From assembly GCF_018350175.1 (NCBI RefSeq), contig NC_058368.1, positions 236,284,001 through 236,348,000 of the forward strand: a DNA stretch of 64,000 bases. Reading direction: 5' to 3'. The notes under the pieces are model-generated. The model made no database searches. It saw only the letters and a program-made list of their open reading frames with translations, and was not told the origin of the DNA. Positions 23,892 through 36,326 of the stretch are shown here, in pieces (within the stretch, counting starts at the first letter, position 1; each line of letters begins with the position of its first letter). The position numbers were made by a program, and so were the translations under genes. Origin of the DNA: Felis catus (Eukaryota).

Positions 23892-26800
23892 CCATCTGTT
23901 TCATTATGAACTAAGTAAATAATCGAGATGGAATTAGAACAAACTTACTTGTGAGCCACTGTCCCGGTATACTAGAATTTATTAGCCACCTGCTGAATTA
24001 ATGCTATTTGGGCAGGTTAAATATTTGCATTTGAATAGAAACCAACCAAAAGTTAGAACAGACTGTTCTGTATAATATACTCCACATAATGAACATCCCA
24101 GCTAAGAGATTGTGCGTACCTTTTGACGATGGTTCTCTTAAACTCGTACGTGAAACAATTTTGACCTTATCTGGAGCCAGAGAACCTCAGTCCAAATTCC
24201 CCTCTGCTCCTCAAGAGCCGTGTTACACAATTTGCTCACCTGTAAAATGGGAAAGGAAAGAGCGTGCGACTCAGAATTCTGCTGAAGGCCAGGTGAGGTG
24301 AGACCCGAAGCTCTAAGAGCGACAACTGTCAAGCCGAGCTCCTCCGTGACTGTGACCGCGCCTGCTGTCGCTATTGTCTTACCATTGTGGGCTCCCAACA
24401 CGTCTCCCGCAGGCAGCTCTTGGCCTGGCTGTGGAGCACAGACACTGCTGCGTCCCTGCCCTCAGCAAATGTTCTCCCAGCGCTGGCTGTCTTCCAGGGA
24501 TGGAGAGGTGAGGAAGAAGGGGTCCTGGCTTGAATGAGCTCAGGAACTCCAAGGCACTCAGGAGATGTGGACCCTCGCTGCCCAGGACCGGACAGTGGGG
24601 CGTTGGAGACCGTGTGGTGGGCTCTCTCCCCATCAGGGGCCAGTCTGAGAGGCAGGAAGGCCACTGAAGACATAGCCTCAACTGCATGATCTTACTCCCA
24701 TGCCGCGCTTGAGTCAGGTGATCGGGGAGGAGACTGTTGCCCCACGTGCTTTCAGAAAAGCACAGGTGGGCATGACCGTGAGTTCAGTGGAGCTCAGCTG
24801 AGTCCACATACAGAACGTCTCCGGCACCGGAGCATCTTCGTCCAGAAACAGCGTAACAAATGCGAGTGAGGGTGGCTCCAGGGGGTTGTAAAGGCCAGGT
24901 GAGCGACAGCCTGAGAATGCTGCTGGCATGAAGGTGGTAAGTCCTGTGAGGACAGCAGGGTGTCCCAGGAGGCATCCGTTGGGAGAGAACACTCCAAGAG
25001 GGATGGACCCAGGGCCATGAGAGTGGGAGCTTGTCCACTCTCCAGGAGGCTGGCCGGCGTGGACGTTGCATAGTGTTAGTTGTGAGGCGTTGGTCTGGGG
25101 GCAAAGTGGACTGGTGGGGGTCAGTGTGGGCTCACAGAGATTTCCTCGACCTCACTCTTAGGCAGTGGGTGTGCATCCGGGCTCCTCTGCAGCGCCGGGG
25201 GCTGAGTGTACATGACCGCGCCTGCTACCCGGGAGTTTCTGGAACGTGCATGGCCGCTGTGAAACTGCTCTCCTCATTTTCCTCTTCCTCCATATGGAAT
25301 GTCTTCACTCCCCATTTCTGAATAGCTGAACTCCTTCACGGCGCATCCTAAAATGTGTCATCTCCATAAAATCTTCCTACCCATTCTAGCACACAATGGA
25401 GCAATGAACCAATCTAACCCAATTTGTTCTGCCAGCTCTTAGGTTTTCATTGGTAGTTCTCATTTGGATACCTTCCCAAATGCTTGACATTGGTAAGCCC
25501 AGACAACCTCACTAGAAGGTAACAAAGAACACAAGGTCCAAATGTTTCAATGCAACATGTTCTGGGGGAATATTGAAGTCCCAGCCAGCTCTTTACTTCT
25601 TCAAGTTCTCTGATGACAATTTTAACAAAAATGTTACTGGTGTTAAACCTCATGGTTCATGTAACTACATTCTGGAAACAATTTTCCATTATCTTTAGGG
25701 CTGGCACAAAGCCATACAAAATTATTTGGTCCGATAGCCGGGCATAAGTCTCTTCAGGGATCAAGCTTCCGGCATCGTCTCTGAGGATTCTCACCCCCTG
25801 TTCATTTCAATTCACGTGCCTTCAAGAACATTGATTTCATTAATGTATACTTGACAGATATATTCTAGGGACTGTTCAATTCCCTGACAGTATTTGTGAG
25901 TATTTCAGAGTATTGAGCTGGCTACGCTACATTGGATGGGTAAAGAGAGAGGAACTAGAATCTGAGTGGGAGAAGGGAGTTCTGAGCAGAAAGAAAGGAG
26001 TTAGGGAAGCAGATTGTTGAACGCTTGTTGAAAAGAGTACCTAAGGAAGGGCCAAATGTGAGAGTAGCTTTGGAATGGCAAGACCATGGGACAAAACCAT
26101 ATTAATTATGCTGATTAACATGACCCTGGTTTCACCAAAGGAGAAGACATTTCTGACATTTAGTACTTAAAGCAGAAAAATATCTGGTGTCGATGGGTGA
26201 AATATACATATCGTAGGAGTGTGATCTTTCTGGCTATAACGCTATGTTGACCAATGGCCCTTTGTTTGCAGGTTTCCTGCTAGATAAGCAACCTTCCCTT
26301 GCCAGCCTTGCAGAGCAAATTGCTGGGATGCCAGGTAGCTCCCCCTTTGTAGGCGAGCACGTATGATGCATTAATTAAAACCCTGGATTGAGCTGCTGAG
26401 TGCACATTTTAAGAGTGGCATTGAGTTATTTGCTACCTTTCCCTGTGAACAGATTTTATAAGAAAGTTGAAACTCGCCAGTAGTGCTGGCACGCTGCCCA
26501 ATTCCAGATCTTGAGTGTTTTGTTCAGAACCTTCAACTGGACGGAAGGCAAATATTATTCCTGTATGTGAGCCCCTCCTGACCTCCCAAGAAATGTCACA
26601 GCAGCGATGATGGCGACAGATTACTACTTACTGTGCACTTTAAACTCTCTGGTTAAAATCTGTCTACGTCATGTTTATTTTCATTTTTCTCTGCAATTTG
26701 TTTTCCATGCTGAAGCCCGTTCACGTTTGTGCATATAAATTATTCCAGCCTTGAACGTATATTTGCCAGAAGCGCAAATGAAATCAACAAATATTTATAA

Positions 26801-27315
26801 GGCGCGTGGTAGGCACGGGATAGCACGGTCCAGGTGGCAAGCAAGCATAGGTCGTCCTGTAATTCGGTCCTATAGGTAAGGAGACAAGTGCGGCTGGGAT
26901 AAGATTCCCATCAACTGACCTGGCTAAAACAAAAATGTTTCCCTTATTGGAAAATGGAATCGGCTACCTTCCGTAAGAATTTATTTTGAATTAGTCAGAT
27001 AAAACGTGGTACTAAACATATAGGGCTTGGAGACTATTGACTAGGCACCCTCTGGGGGTTTAGAGGAAGCAGAGACCTTTCATGGACCCCCAAGAACCCA
27101 GAGTCCAGTTGGAACACATGTCCACCAGGAAATACAAACACAAAACAAATCACAAAACTCATGTCAGGGAGGGAAATGACACAGACACCGCTCTGTCTCC
27201 ACCATGGATGTGGCAGACATAGGCACACAACGTCCATGCTCCATAGCTGGGAAGGGGCCGTTTTCCTGCTTTGGGAATGGATATGGTAGCACACGCACTA
27301 GAAAACACAGGAGTT

Positions 27316-27479
27316 GGGGCGCCTGGGTCGCTCAGTTGGTTGCTCAGTTGGTCCGACCAGCTCATGTCATCTCACGGTTCATGAGTTTGAGCCCTGTATC
27401 GAGCTCTGTGCTGACAGCTCAGAGCCTGGATCCTGCTTCTGATTCTGTGTCTCCCTCTCTCTGCCCCTCTCCTGCTCAT

Positions 27480-27526
<47 letters not shown>

Positions 27527-27560
27527 AATAAATAAACATTAAAAACTTTTAAAAAATAAT
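27316..27560 (+). mobile_element. Can-SINE (SINEC_Fc2-like) with 13-bp TSD
   Basis: TSD aaaacacaggagt at 27302-27314 and 27561-27573; long (CT)n; duplicated gctcagttggt in the head. Confidence 0.96.
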
Positions 27561-28613
27561 AAAACACAGGAGTGTTTGAGGCATCATGTTCACTTTTTTT
27601 GAGGGAATTTTGTGATTCCTTTTTTTGACAGTCATTCTGGAGTGTTTCCCTTGTGGCTTTGCCCTCACAGTTGATGAAATACTGTTCGCCCCGGGGATTC
27701 CTAATGGGCATCCCAGACCAAGGAGAGAGTGAAGAAAAGGTTTCCTAATTAACGGTGGCCTGCTGCCACCGTGAATGGAAATCATATTGAAATACCGGTG
27801 GACGTTTTAGTATGCATTGCGTTGCATATTTAAATATTTAAATTCATGTTCCAAATTATAGAAAACATGAGTTTCCAAAGCGAAAGGACGGGATTTACAA
27901 ACAAAAACATTCCTGACAGTTGCATGAGTTCCCATTGAATTTAATTGCCATTCTGAGATTTTTATCATTGTATAATCCGTGAACATATTTTGTAATTTCT
28001 TGGTTGAAAGATCAAAAATTTCACTGCCCACCGTTTTTACAACTTTTCCAACCACAAGACATCAGTGTCCAGTGTGGCACAAGAAAGCCATAGAGATCGT
28101 GAGTAGCATCTCATTTCTTACGTCTTTGTACTTGGTCTTCCTATTCAAAGTCGGGGGCTTGTGGGTCAGAGTCAATGCCTGGTTCCAGAGCTTCCCTCAC
28201 CCCGTGGTATGCCACCTTCACGTGCCCTTGCCAGGTGACCGCTTCAGCAGGCAGTCAGGTCTGCCTTCGTTCTTCTTGACCTGTGTAGAGTCCTTACGGA
28301 TCTGCACTCGACTCTACCCTTCACAGAGCTCTGCTCGGTCCTCTGTCCCGATATGCGGAGTGTTTCCTTGTAAAGAACGATCTTCTGGAGACACTTTGGG
28401 AGGAGGATTCCAGGACTGTATCATCTCTGTTTCTTGACATGGTGGAAATTTGTTGCACTCCCACTGAGCATTAGATTTCTTAAAGACATAATAAGTTCAT
28501 TCCATACAGTTTTTACAACATCACAACATGAATTTAATAAATAGCATATCGAGCCTATGCTAACTATATATGCACACTAAGGTATGACACCCAACTTCAG
28601 AGGTCAATGAACC

Positions 28614-28661
28614 ATGGGGAGGGGTGAGGTTCCTGAAATGGGGAGGGGTGAGGTTCCTGAA
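28614..28661. repeat. 24-bp tandem duplication
   Basis: atggggaggggtgaggttcctgaa twice, exact. Confidence 0.95.
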
Positions 28662-28753
28662 CTCTGCACACCTTGCCTCTTATAGTTGAGCCATGCCTCA
28701 TTTAATGCATTTAAGTCCTCCTGGTGATAATCTGGGGATGCCTGTGATGCAGC

Positions 28754-28832
28754 ATATAGGAATCTTTGCGCTATATGGGAATCTTTGCGCTATACGGGAA
28801 TCTTTGCGCTATATGGGAATCTTTGTGTTATG
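28754..28832. repeat. 19-bp minisatellite, about 4 copies
   Basis: unit tatatgggaatctttgcgc, head to tail. Confidence 0.95.
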
Positions 28833-28879
28833 GACGATAACTGTAGCCTGTTTATGTTTTGCTATAGGAAAGAAACTAG

Positions 28880-29090
28880 TGTTTACTTGAGCACCAACTA
28901 TATGCATGTTTCTGTCCCGGATGTGTTCCTCAGGCTAGTGACTCATATGGACAAAGAATTGGTAGGGTGTTCTCCACATTACCTATAAAGAAATCCAAGC
29001 TCAAAGCAGTTTATATGACTGGCTCAAGGCCACACAGCTGGAATCTAGAAAGTCTACCTCTTGAGCACAGACCTAGTTCCCAAATTGTAG
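28880..29090 (-). mobile_element. MIR relic
   Basis: tttacttgagcaccaactatatgc..tgactggctcaaggccacacagctgg. Confidence 0.55.
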
Positions 29091-30004
29091 CTCTTCCAAC
29101 TGACACAGCTTCCTGGACACTACCATCAACATGACAGTTCTCTCCCGAGGGACGTAAAAACTACATTATGTCATGGTTTGGGTGTTCACGAGTCTTCATT
29201 CACCCTGAAATCTGAATTCTGGTATTTTTACACGGAAACTCAGATTGTTCCTGCCCATCATATTAATCCTAAACACTTTGAAGAAATAAGTCTTTTATAG
29301 GCCTGCCAATCTTTTTCTCTTAAAAATATAACATTTTCTAATCCTCGGAATATGTAGAAAAACATTACTTAAAAAAAAATAAATTCAAAGAGTTGAAATA
29401 ACTTTTTGAAGTGTGTAATGTGAGAGGTTAGTGTTTTCCTGCCCATTTCCATGGAATAGAACCCTAACCTCATTCTCTAACTGTTGGCTTTTTTGCTAAG
29501 TAATTGGATTCGTGAAACTATGACCGTGGCTTTGGGAACACATGAAAAATTTATACCCCCTGTTCTTTATTCCACACGTACGTCTCCCTCTGACGTTGAA
29601 GCGAATTCTGTGAGACCAACTTTTTGGATGAGAATTCTGGAAGCGCATTTGAAGCGCATTTGAAGCAAATTCTGTGCAACCAACTGTTTGCAAAGTTACT
29701 TTTCTAAGAAGAAGGATTTGGGTCCTATTTTTAATAAAGGAGATATTCAGAATAATATTCTCATGCCGGTGCAGTCTGAAAGACACAGGGAGGATCTGTC
29801 AGTGACTCTTGTCAGATTGGGGGGGGGCGGTTAAAGTATCTTCTTTAATATAAATAAACAAATGAGTCAAGAAAAGGGAATCATTATGTTTTTATTAGGT
29901 AGTTACTTTTTGTTGAGTTAAAATTTTATGAAAACCATCTGTATTTGTTGAAGTTATTATTATTTTATTTATTTTAATATTCTGCAGAAATGAGTCACTT
30001 TGTG

Positions 30005-30216
30005 ACCAAATGTTAGCATTACTGGTATTTTTGGCCACATAAATCTTAGTTGGGGGGTTTCATCCTGTGTCAGCGTCCCAGTCTTCTATTCACTGGGCGC
30101 CAGTGACACCCCTCCCCCTCTCCCCCAGCCGTGACACCTGAAATTGTCTTCAGATTTTGCCAAGTGTCCGCTCAAGGGCAAAATTGACCCTCATCCATCC
30201 CGGTTGAGAAACACTG
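30005..30216 (+). mobile_element. MER20 relic
   Basis: gtgacacctgaaattgtcttcagattttgccaagtgtcc..gggcaaaattg..cccggttgagaaacactg terminus. Confidence 0.8.
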
Positions 30217-30231
30217 TGTTAGGGTAATATC

Positions 30232-30458
30232 GGCTTATCATATTGAGTATTCACCAGATCCCGGAGACTTTTCTAAGTACTTCCAAAAATTAATTCACTT
30301 AATAATCAAAACAACCCAGGGTGATAAGTATTATTGTCCTCAACTTACAGAGAAGGAACTGAGGCTCAGAGAGTTTGGGAATCCAGGCTTGTAAATGGTA
30401 AAATAGGGCTCAAGCCAAGGCTGTCTGACTCCAAGGTCTTAACTCTTGACCACTACCT
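30232..30458 (-). mobile_element. MIR SINE
   Basis: attattgtcctcaacttacagagaaggaactgaggctcagagag..ctgtctgactccaaggtcttaactcttgaccactac. Confidence 0.85.
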
Positions 30459-31129
30459 AAAGTTTCCACTCTGGTATTGACAACAATGAAAAATCAGAAT
30501 ACAAGAACAGTATAATCTAGTGATTTCTAGCATCTGTGAAAGCTCGGGAGAAGCATTGGGATGATAAACCAGAAGCTAGGGGACGTGGCTGGAGATCATT
30601 TCATATGTGAGGACTGTCTGAGTATCCCTCTTTATACAGCTTTGTTATTTAAGTGACACGCATGTACGACAGTCCACAAATTAAAGCAAAAAGAGGGGGA
30701 AAAATATCCCCAGTGGAAACAAACTGAAATATCTAAGCCCAATAACACGTCTGATTGGCGACATAACCATTCAGAGAAAAGAAGAGGTCCAAATGCCATT
30801 CGAACACTGTGCAACCACCTTCATTTTCAGTGGAGCTCATTGTGAGGACAACAAGGGAATCAAGAATATTTTAAATCTCACTCACTGGATCAACTGAACA
30901 TGTTAACAACGGGACATGATTTTTCAAACTATGTAATATATTTTGGATAAAGCAGACAAGCTACTATACTAATATTAGAAACCATGACTGTCAGTTTAAA
31001 GGGAAAAAAAGTTACCAAAATAAAATCCAAGACATCAATAAAAATATTGTCAACCTAAATTACCGTTGAAAATATTAATACATACTCATAATTTCATTTG
31101 TAATATTGACTACTTTCTGTACACTGAAA

Positions 31130-32250
31130 GTTCTAGAACCTATGATGCCCACGTGCCACAGCCACACCTTGCATCTACATCTCGGTTTCTAAAACCAGCC
31201 CAGGAAACAGAACCAGGGCTTCTTGAAGAAATTGATAATTTTAGGTGTGAGGCAGGCAATTTACAAAACAAGCGGGGATATCTTGTTCCAGAAAGACTAA
31301 TGCCAGCATATCATCTGCTGAAGCAAGACAAAGGGGATGACCAACCGCCAAATGAGAATGATTTTGGCACCAAGAGCCCTAATAAATGCAAATCAATGCT
31401 AAAAAAATCTTTGGAACCATAGTATATGAGGAAAGTAAACAGAAGAGCATTGGTCCACTGAGGGGGTCTACCATTACACTAAAACCCTGCTATGACAATT
31501 GATAATCAAAGGTAAAGCACTCACCAGGGATCTTGACACATTTGTAGTCTATACCCCAGTTGAGGCAGGAAAACTCTTTATGAAAGAGTGCCATCTAAGA
31601 AATAAAGCAGAATGGAGGTATTAAAAAATCACTATGCTGTAAACCTCCCAAAAGCAAATTGTTGTAGACAAAACTGGTCAATGGATACCAAAACCATTCC
31701 TAGTGAGTGGCCAATGAAAGAAAAATGGATTTGCAGTGGCGAGGTCAGTCCGTTAAAACCTTCAAGACTGGCATCCTTGGCAATGGCTGCTCACCAGGAT
31801 TACGTGCCCAGTGTGGTAGAACGTGAAGCACGTGGCTGGCAAGTAGCTACTGGCTTATCATGGAGAATAAAGGGGATAGAGTCACAAGTTAAATGGCACC
31901 TTGTGGAAACACACAAGACAGGACACAGGTGTTCCACAGCTCGTTTGTGACGTTGGAAAGTCGGGGTCGGGGGAGGAACTAGGCAAGGGTTCTAGACCAA
32001 GTGAGATTAGAGGCATAAGGAGGCACGCATCTTGATTGCATTTTTGTTGGGAAAATATGCTCTCGGAGGATTGAGTATTGGTGAGAGAAATCTGGTCTTT
32101 GCCTGCCAGCAGATAATCAGGAGCTCTTGTTAACTGACTCAGGGGAAATAATTGAGCCCGGTGTAACAAAGGCAATAGCTAATAAAGAAAAGTAATAATT
32201 GTGACAGGGTATATTTTATTCAGACATATTTATATGTACAGATATTGTTA
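31130..32250 (+). mobile_element. old L1 (L1MC-like) 3' UTR relic
   Basis: tttctaaaacca..aaccagggcttcttgaagaaattgataatt..atcttgttccagaaag resembles the L1MC3/4 3' UTR; extent uncertain. Confidence 0.55.
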
Positions 32251-33849
32251 TCATTTGCCACATTGGCTTTAATAATTAAACACAGACAGTGTATGGTGGC
32301 TGAAAGAAGTGATTGTAGTATCTTTTCCAGCATAATGGACCATTTCAATTAAATCTTAAAATGTTTTAGATCATACATCCTCTTCATCATTCCGGGGGAG
32401 AGGAAGAGATCTGAAACCCAAATCTCATAACTAGTTAAGTAGCTTTTACCCCTCCCGGGTGAGGAAAAGAAGATTTCTCCTATTCCTCAACAGCTAGATC
32501 GACCAAGGAACGTCCTCACATACCTCATGAGGCAGACCCCCACGTGAGCCACACCTTTAGCATTTCTAAGCTAGTTGGCACCCTTGATTTCCCTACCCAT
32601 TCAAGTTCAAGTTAGTAACTGTTGCACGTGATCCCATAGGCGTGCTAGTTCAGCCCAGGAAGTAAGGCGACCCTGTGAAGGGGTCTTTGCAGTCTTGTGG
32701 GATTGGTTCACCCTGGGCATGTGATGGGTAAGGTAGGAGAGAATCAGTCTGCTGGCAGTTGGGCAGGAGGTTCCTTATAAAGGCTACCCTGCATACAGGT
32801 CATGGTGAACAGCACTACAGAAATTCCATTCTCTTGGGGCATGCCAAGACAGGCCTTCCAAGGGCATCCTTATAGACAGTGACTTGTGTGTTAGGTAGGA
32901 TGGCTTGAGAAATGAATTTGGACTGGAGGTTCAACACACAAGTCTTGGCTACTCATGGAATTCAGACTTAAGTGAAAAGGAAAAGACATTTTGCAGAGTG
33001 GGAATGGTGTGGTGGCCAAGGATTACGGAGGGAAAATTAGAACAAGTCTGCTTGAATCCCACTCGGAAGAAAGTCAACCATGATGGACTCCACCAAAGCC
33101 TCAGCATAGCCGGCGAGCTCGCAGACCTCCGTGTCCTTTTCCGTCACTGCTCTGGGAGTGTAAGTGGACCCTCCTCTCTCTCAACCCTCATAATGTCACC
33201 AGTAAATTCTTAATTACTCTCCCAGGCTTTTAAATGTGGGTATTCTTGGGGGACACTCACAGAAGAGAGCGTGAGCTCAGATGACACATGGGCAGGTCCA
33301 ACAGTTGCTGGCCTGAATGCTCATCCAGTAGCCCAGACTTCCTGGTAACCCGGGTGAAAGGAAGGACCACATGACGGTTGGTGCTGAGCGCTGGTGGCCA
33401 GCAGCATGCCTGGTGAGCAGGAGACTCTAAGAGAAAGTTCGATGAACAGGTAGAACATTCTCCTTCATTAGGTGGAAGGTTATGAGACAGCTGATACAGG
33501 TGAGGCAGGAGTGAGGAATAGGGAAGCAGGTCTGAACTACACCTCCTCCCATGCCTGATCTCAAATTTAACATCAGCCACAAGGGAAAGAGAAAAGTGAA
33601 TTAAACATACAGGTCAAATTCTAATCACTTTCACGTTGGTGATATGATGATTTTCTTTCAGGTGACAAAGATGTTAGGAAAAAAAAAAAAAAACCAAACA
33701 ACAGCGTCTAAACCTAAAGCTGCCCTGAGAAAACCTTAGAAAAACAAACGCTGTCTTTCCTAATGTCTCAAATCTCATCTTTCTTATTGAAAACACGTAG
33801 GCATTAACTTTTCTGTTCAAGATTTACAGTAAGCAGAAGAGAAAGATTT

Positions 33850-35100
33850 CCAGAACTTTTTCTGCTGTCTCTGTGAAGAAACTAATTGACGGCTTAATAA
33901 TCAGTCATTAATAAATGAGTCCCCTGAATATTTCACTGGTGTGCAGTTATAATGAAATAAAGTAGGATCTCATATAAAGAACAATGACCACAAATTCCAC
34001 ATAAGTCAGTTTTTTGCTTGCTCATCTGTTTGTGTGAGATCTCCTCTCTCAGTGGCCTTCCTTGTGTCCGAATAATCTTTGGTGGGAGAGTCGGGGGTGG
34101 ATTGACACTAAAACAGATACCCGGAAACGGCCCGTTCTCCTGCTCTGTTACGTTGTCTGTAGGAAGCGTCTGGGGACCACGTTCCAAAATGTGCTTTGAC
34201 TCTTTAAGATTTCCTTGTAAACCTCTGGTTTTAACCAACGGCGTCTGAATTAAGGAAGAGCTGCCGAATCCCACCAGCTGAACACCTCTCACCCCCCCAG
34301 GAGGCTGTGTCCTGCCCAGCAGGACTCAGTCCTCCCATCCTGCATGCGTGCGACAGGCAGGGAGGAAGCGAGGGGACAGTGCGGTATGCGTGTTTCCTCG
34401 TGAACGTGTTGAGCATGTGCGCGTGTCTTCGTGTGTTTGGCTGGAAACCCAACAAGGTCTCGGCGAGGGGACAGGAAGCCAACGAGAAGGACCATTTCCA
34501 CACATAAGTTTCTCTTTTTCGTATGGCCCTGATTTTATTTCTGCATCTTGACTCGGCCTTCGTCAACATGATAGAGCACTGATTGTACTCCATCCAATTA
34601 GCCCAACGTCTCCTTGGTCATAAAACTTTATGCAAACTACCGCTCACAGGCTTTGCAGTCCAGGGAAACAATGATAGGCTTATGACTCCCGAAGATTTTT
34701 TTGGCAAATTGCTAATAAGAGCACTCTCTCTCTCTCTCTTTCTTTTTTTTTCCCACAAGACCTTCAGCTGATGGAAAAGTAAAAGAAAAAAAAAACAAGG
34801 ACTGCAGTCTCGTATAGGCAGTCATGATGACAACTCCATTAATAACACGGATCATTAAAATTTATAAAAAGCTATTCTTAATATAGGATATAAATACATT
34901 TCTTGGGCAGAGCTATGAAATTTATAACCTTTTTATTGTCACCAGAGGACCTTCCTACTGCTCCCCCCACCGCACTGTCTGCCCTCTATCATAAATCACC
35001 GAGTGGTTAATAACCTAGATTACAACCACCAGTTGCCTTTACAGAATTAAATATTGACTATGTGAAAATGTTATTACATTTTTACTGATCGGAAGACCAC
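33850..35100. promoter_or_regulatory. candidate conserved enhancer blocks (33850-34060 and 34540-35100)
   Basis: Repeat-free; posterior HOX/CDX-type GTCATAAAA (34617) and TTTTATTG (34931), PBX-HOX CATAAATCA (34990), many TAAT/ATTA. Confidence 0.45.
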
Positions 35101-36293
35101 AGAACAGCCCTGCAGGACACGTAGCTGGACAGAAATATCTGTGTAATTTTTGTTGGAAATACAGTTACAGGGCACTCAGGAACAGCTGATACAGTTTGAG
35201 GCAATGCGGGAGGAAGGAAGAAAGTGCTAGCCCCTTAATTTTACAGCAGGCCGAACATATCAGAAGGAAGCCATTATACTGAAGCTTCGTTCGCACCTTA
35301 TTTTTAATTTCGGAAGCTCCAGGCCAAATGCATGATGTAACTGCCAAGCCCCAAATGTTAGAACAATGTGTCGAGGACGATGGCATCCACACAGAATAAA
35401 GCTTATTAAAAACATTGGTAGAATCCAAACAAGAATCAGCTATCGTGCATCACCGAAGTGGACACATCCCAATTGCCTGTTACCTGAAGATCAGGGATCT
35501 TGAAATCTCTAGATATTTGAGAGACATTTTCCACTCACTCAAGAGAGAATCAGAACAAAAACGTTTATCCCTAAGGAATGAGTTCCTATGATCACATGTG
35601 ATAGTACTTGGCGTATTTGGATGTTCCGCAATGGTCTGATACCCCAGGACCGGCGAGTAGCCCCGGACGGGGTGAGTCAGTCTGATTTGGAGACTGATCC
35701 TGTTGGGGCAGGTTAAGTAAAAGAGTTCAGAACACACACCTCTCCCCACAGCGTAGTGACGCTGGAAGGCAGTCAGTGGGCAAGTGGACATACTTATGGC
35801 AAAGAATGGAAATCCTACTGAGTCATCCAAAAATCCCAGCCTTTCACTGGCTTCTTTCTTTAATCTAAGGAGGATAATTCACTTATCCAAAGTGTACTGG
35901 GAAGGATCAATTACAGCATCTTGGCACTGTAAATTGCATACAGCATCATTTTTTTTCTATTCTTTTTCAATAATTGTCATTTTATTTCCTTGACAATACT
36001 AAGTATTTTTTTTCTGGAAAGACCCTGTAAGTGGTTGTCACTGTGAACCACATGCTTTCATAAACACACAAATCTGGACAGTTTAATAAGATTAATTTAT
36101 GAATTTCTCAAATTTACAACCCTGTAAGGAAGCGTTAACACATATTATTAAATTAAAGGAAATCAAAGGCATCCCACTAAGAATGAGACAATACCCATCT
36201 CAGAAAATGTAATATTCCAAGTATTTTAGAATGAGATACAAAAGGAATTAATGACTCTCACTGTATGACAGGTTGGTTATATAACCATACTGT

Positions 36294-36326
36294 TGTGTGT
36301 GTGTGTGTGTGTGCGCGCGCGCGCAT
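36294..36326. repeat. (TG)n(CG)n alternating purine-pyrimidine tract
   Basis: tgtgtg...gtgcgcgcgcgcgcat. Confidence 0.95.

Noticed and set aside
27752..27772. Hairpin acggtggc-ctgct-gccaccgt
   Set aside because: An 8-bp stem is expected several times by chance; there is no pre-miRNA-length stem.
28754..28832. Possible CRISPR-like direct repeats
   Set aside because: Units are contiguous with no unique spacers, the genome is mammalian and there are no cas genes; this is a minisatellite.
36274..36287. 14-bp palindrome tggttatataacca
   Set aside because: A few such palindromes are expected by chance in 64 kb.
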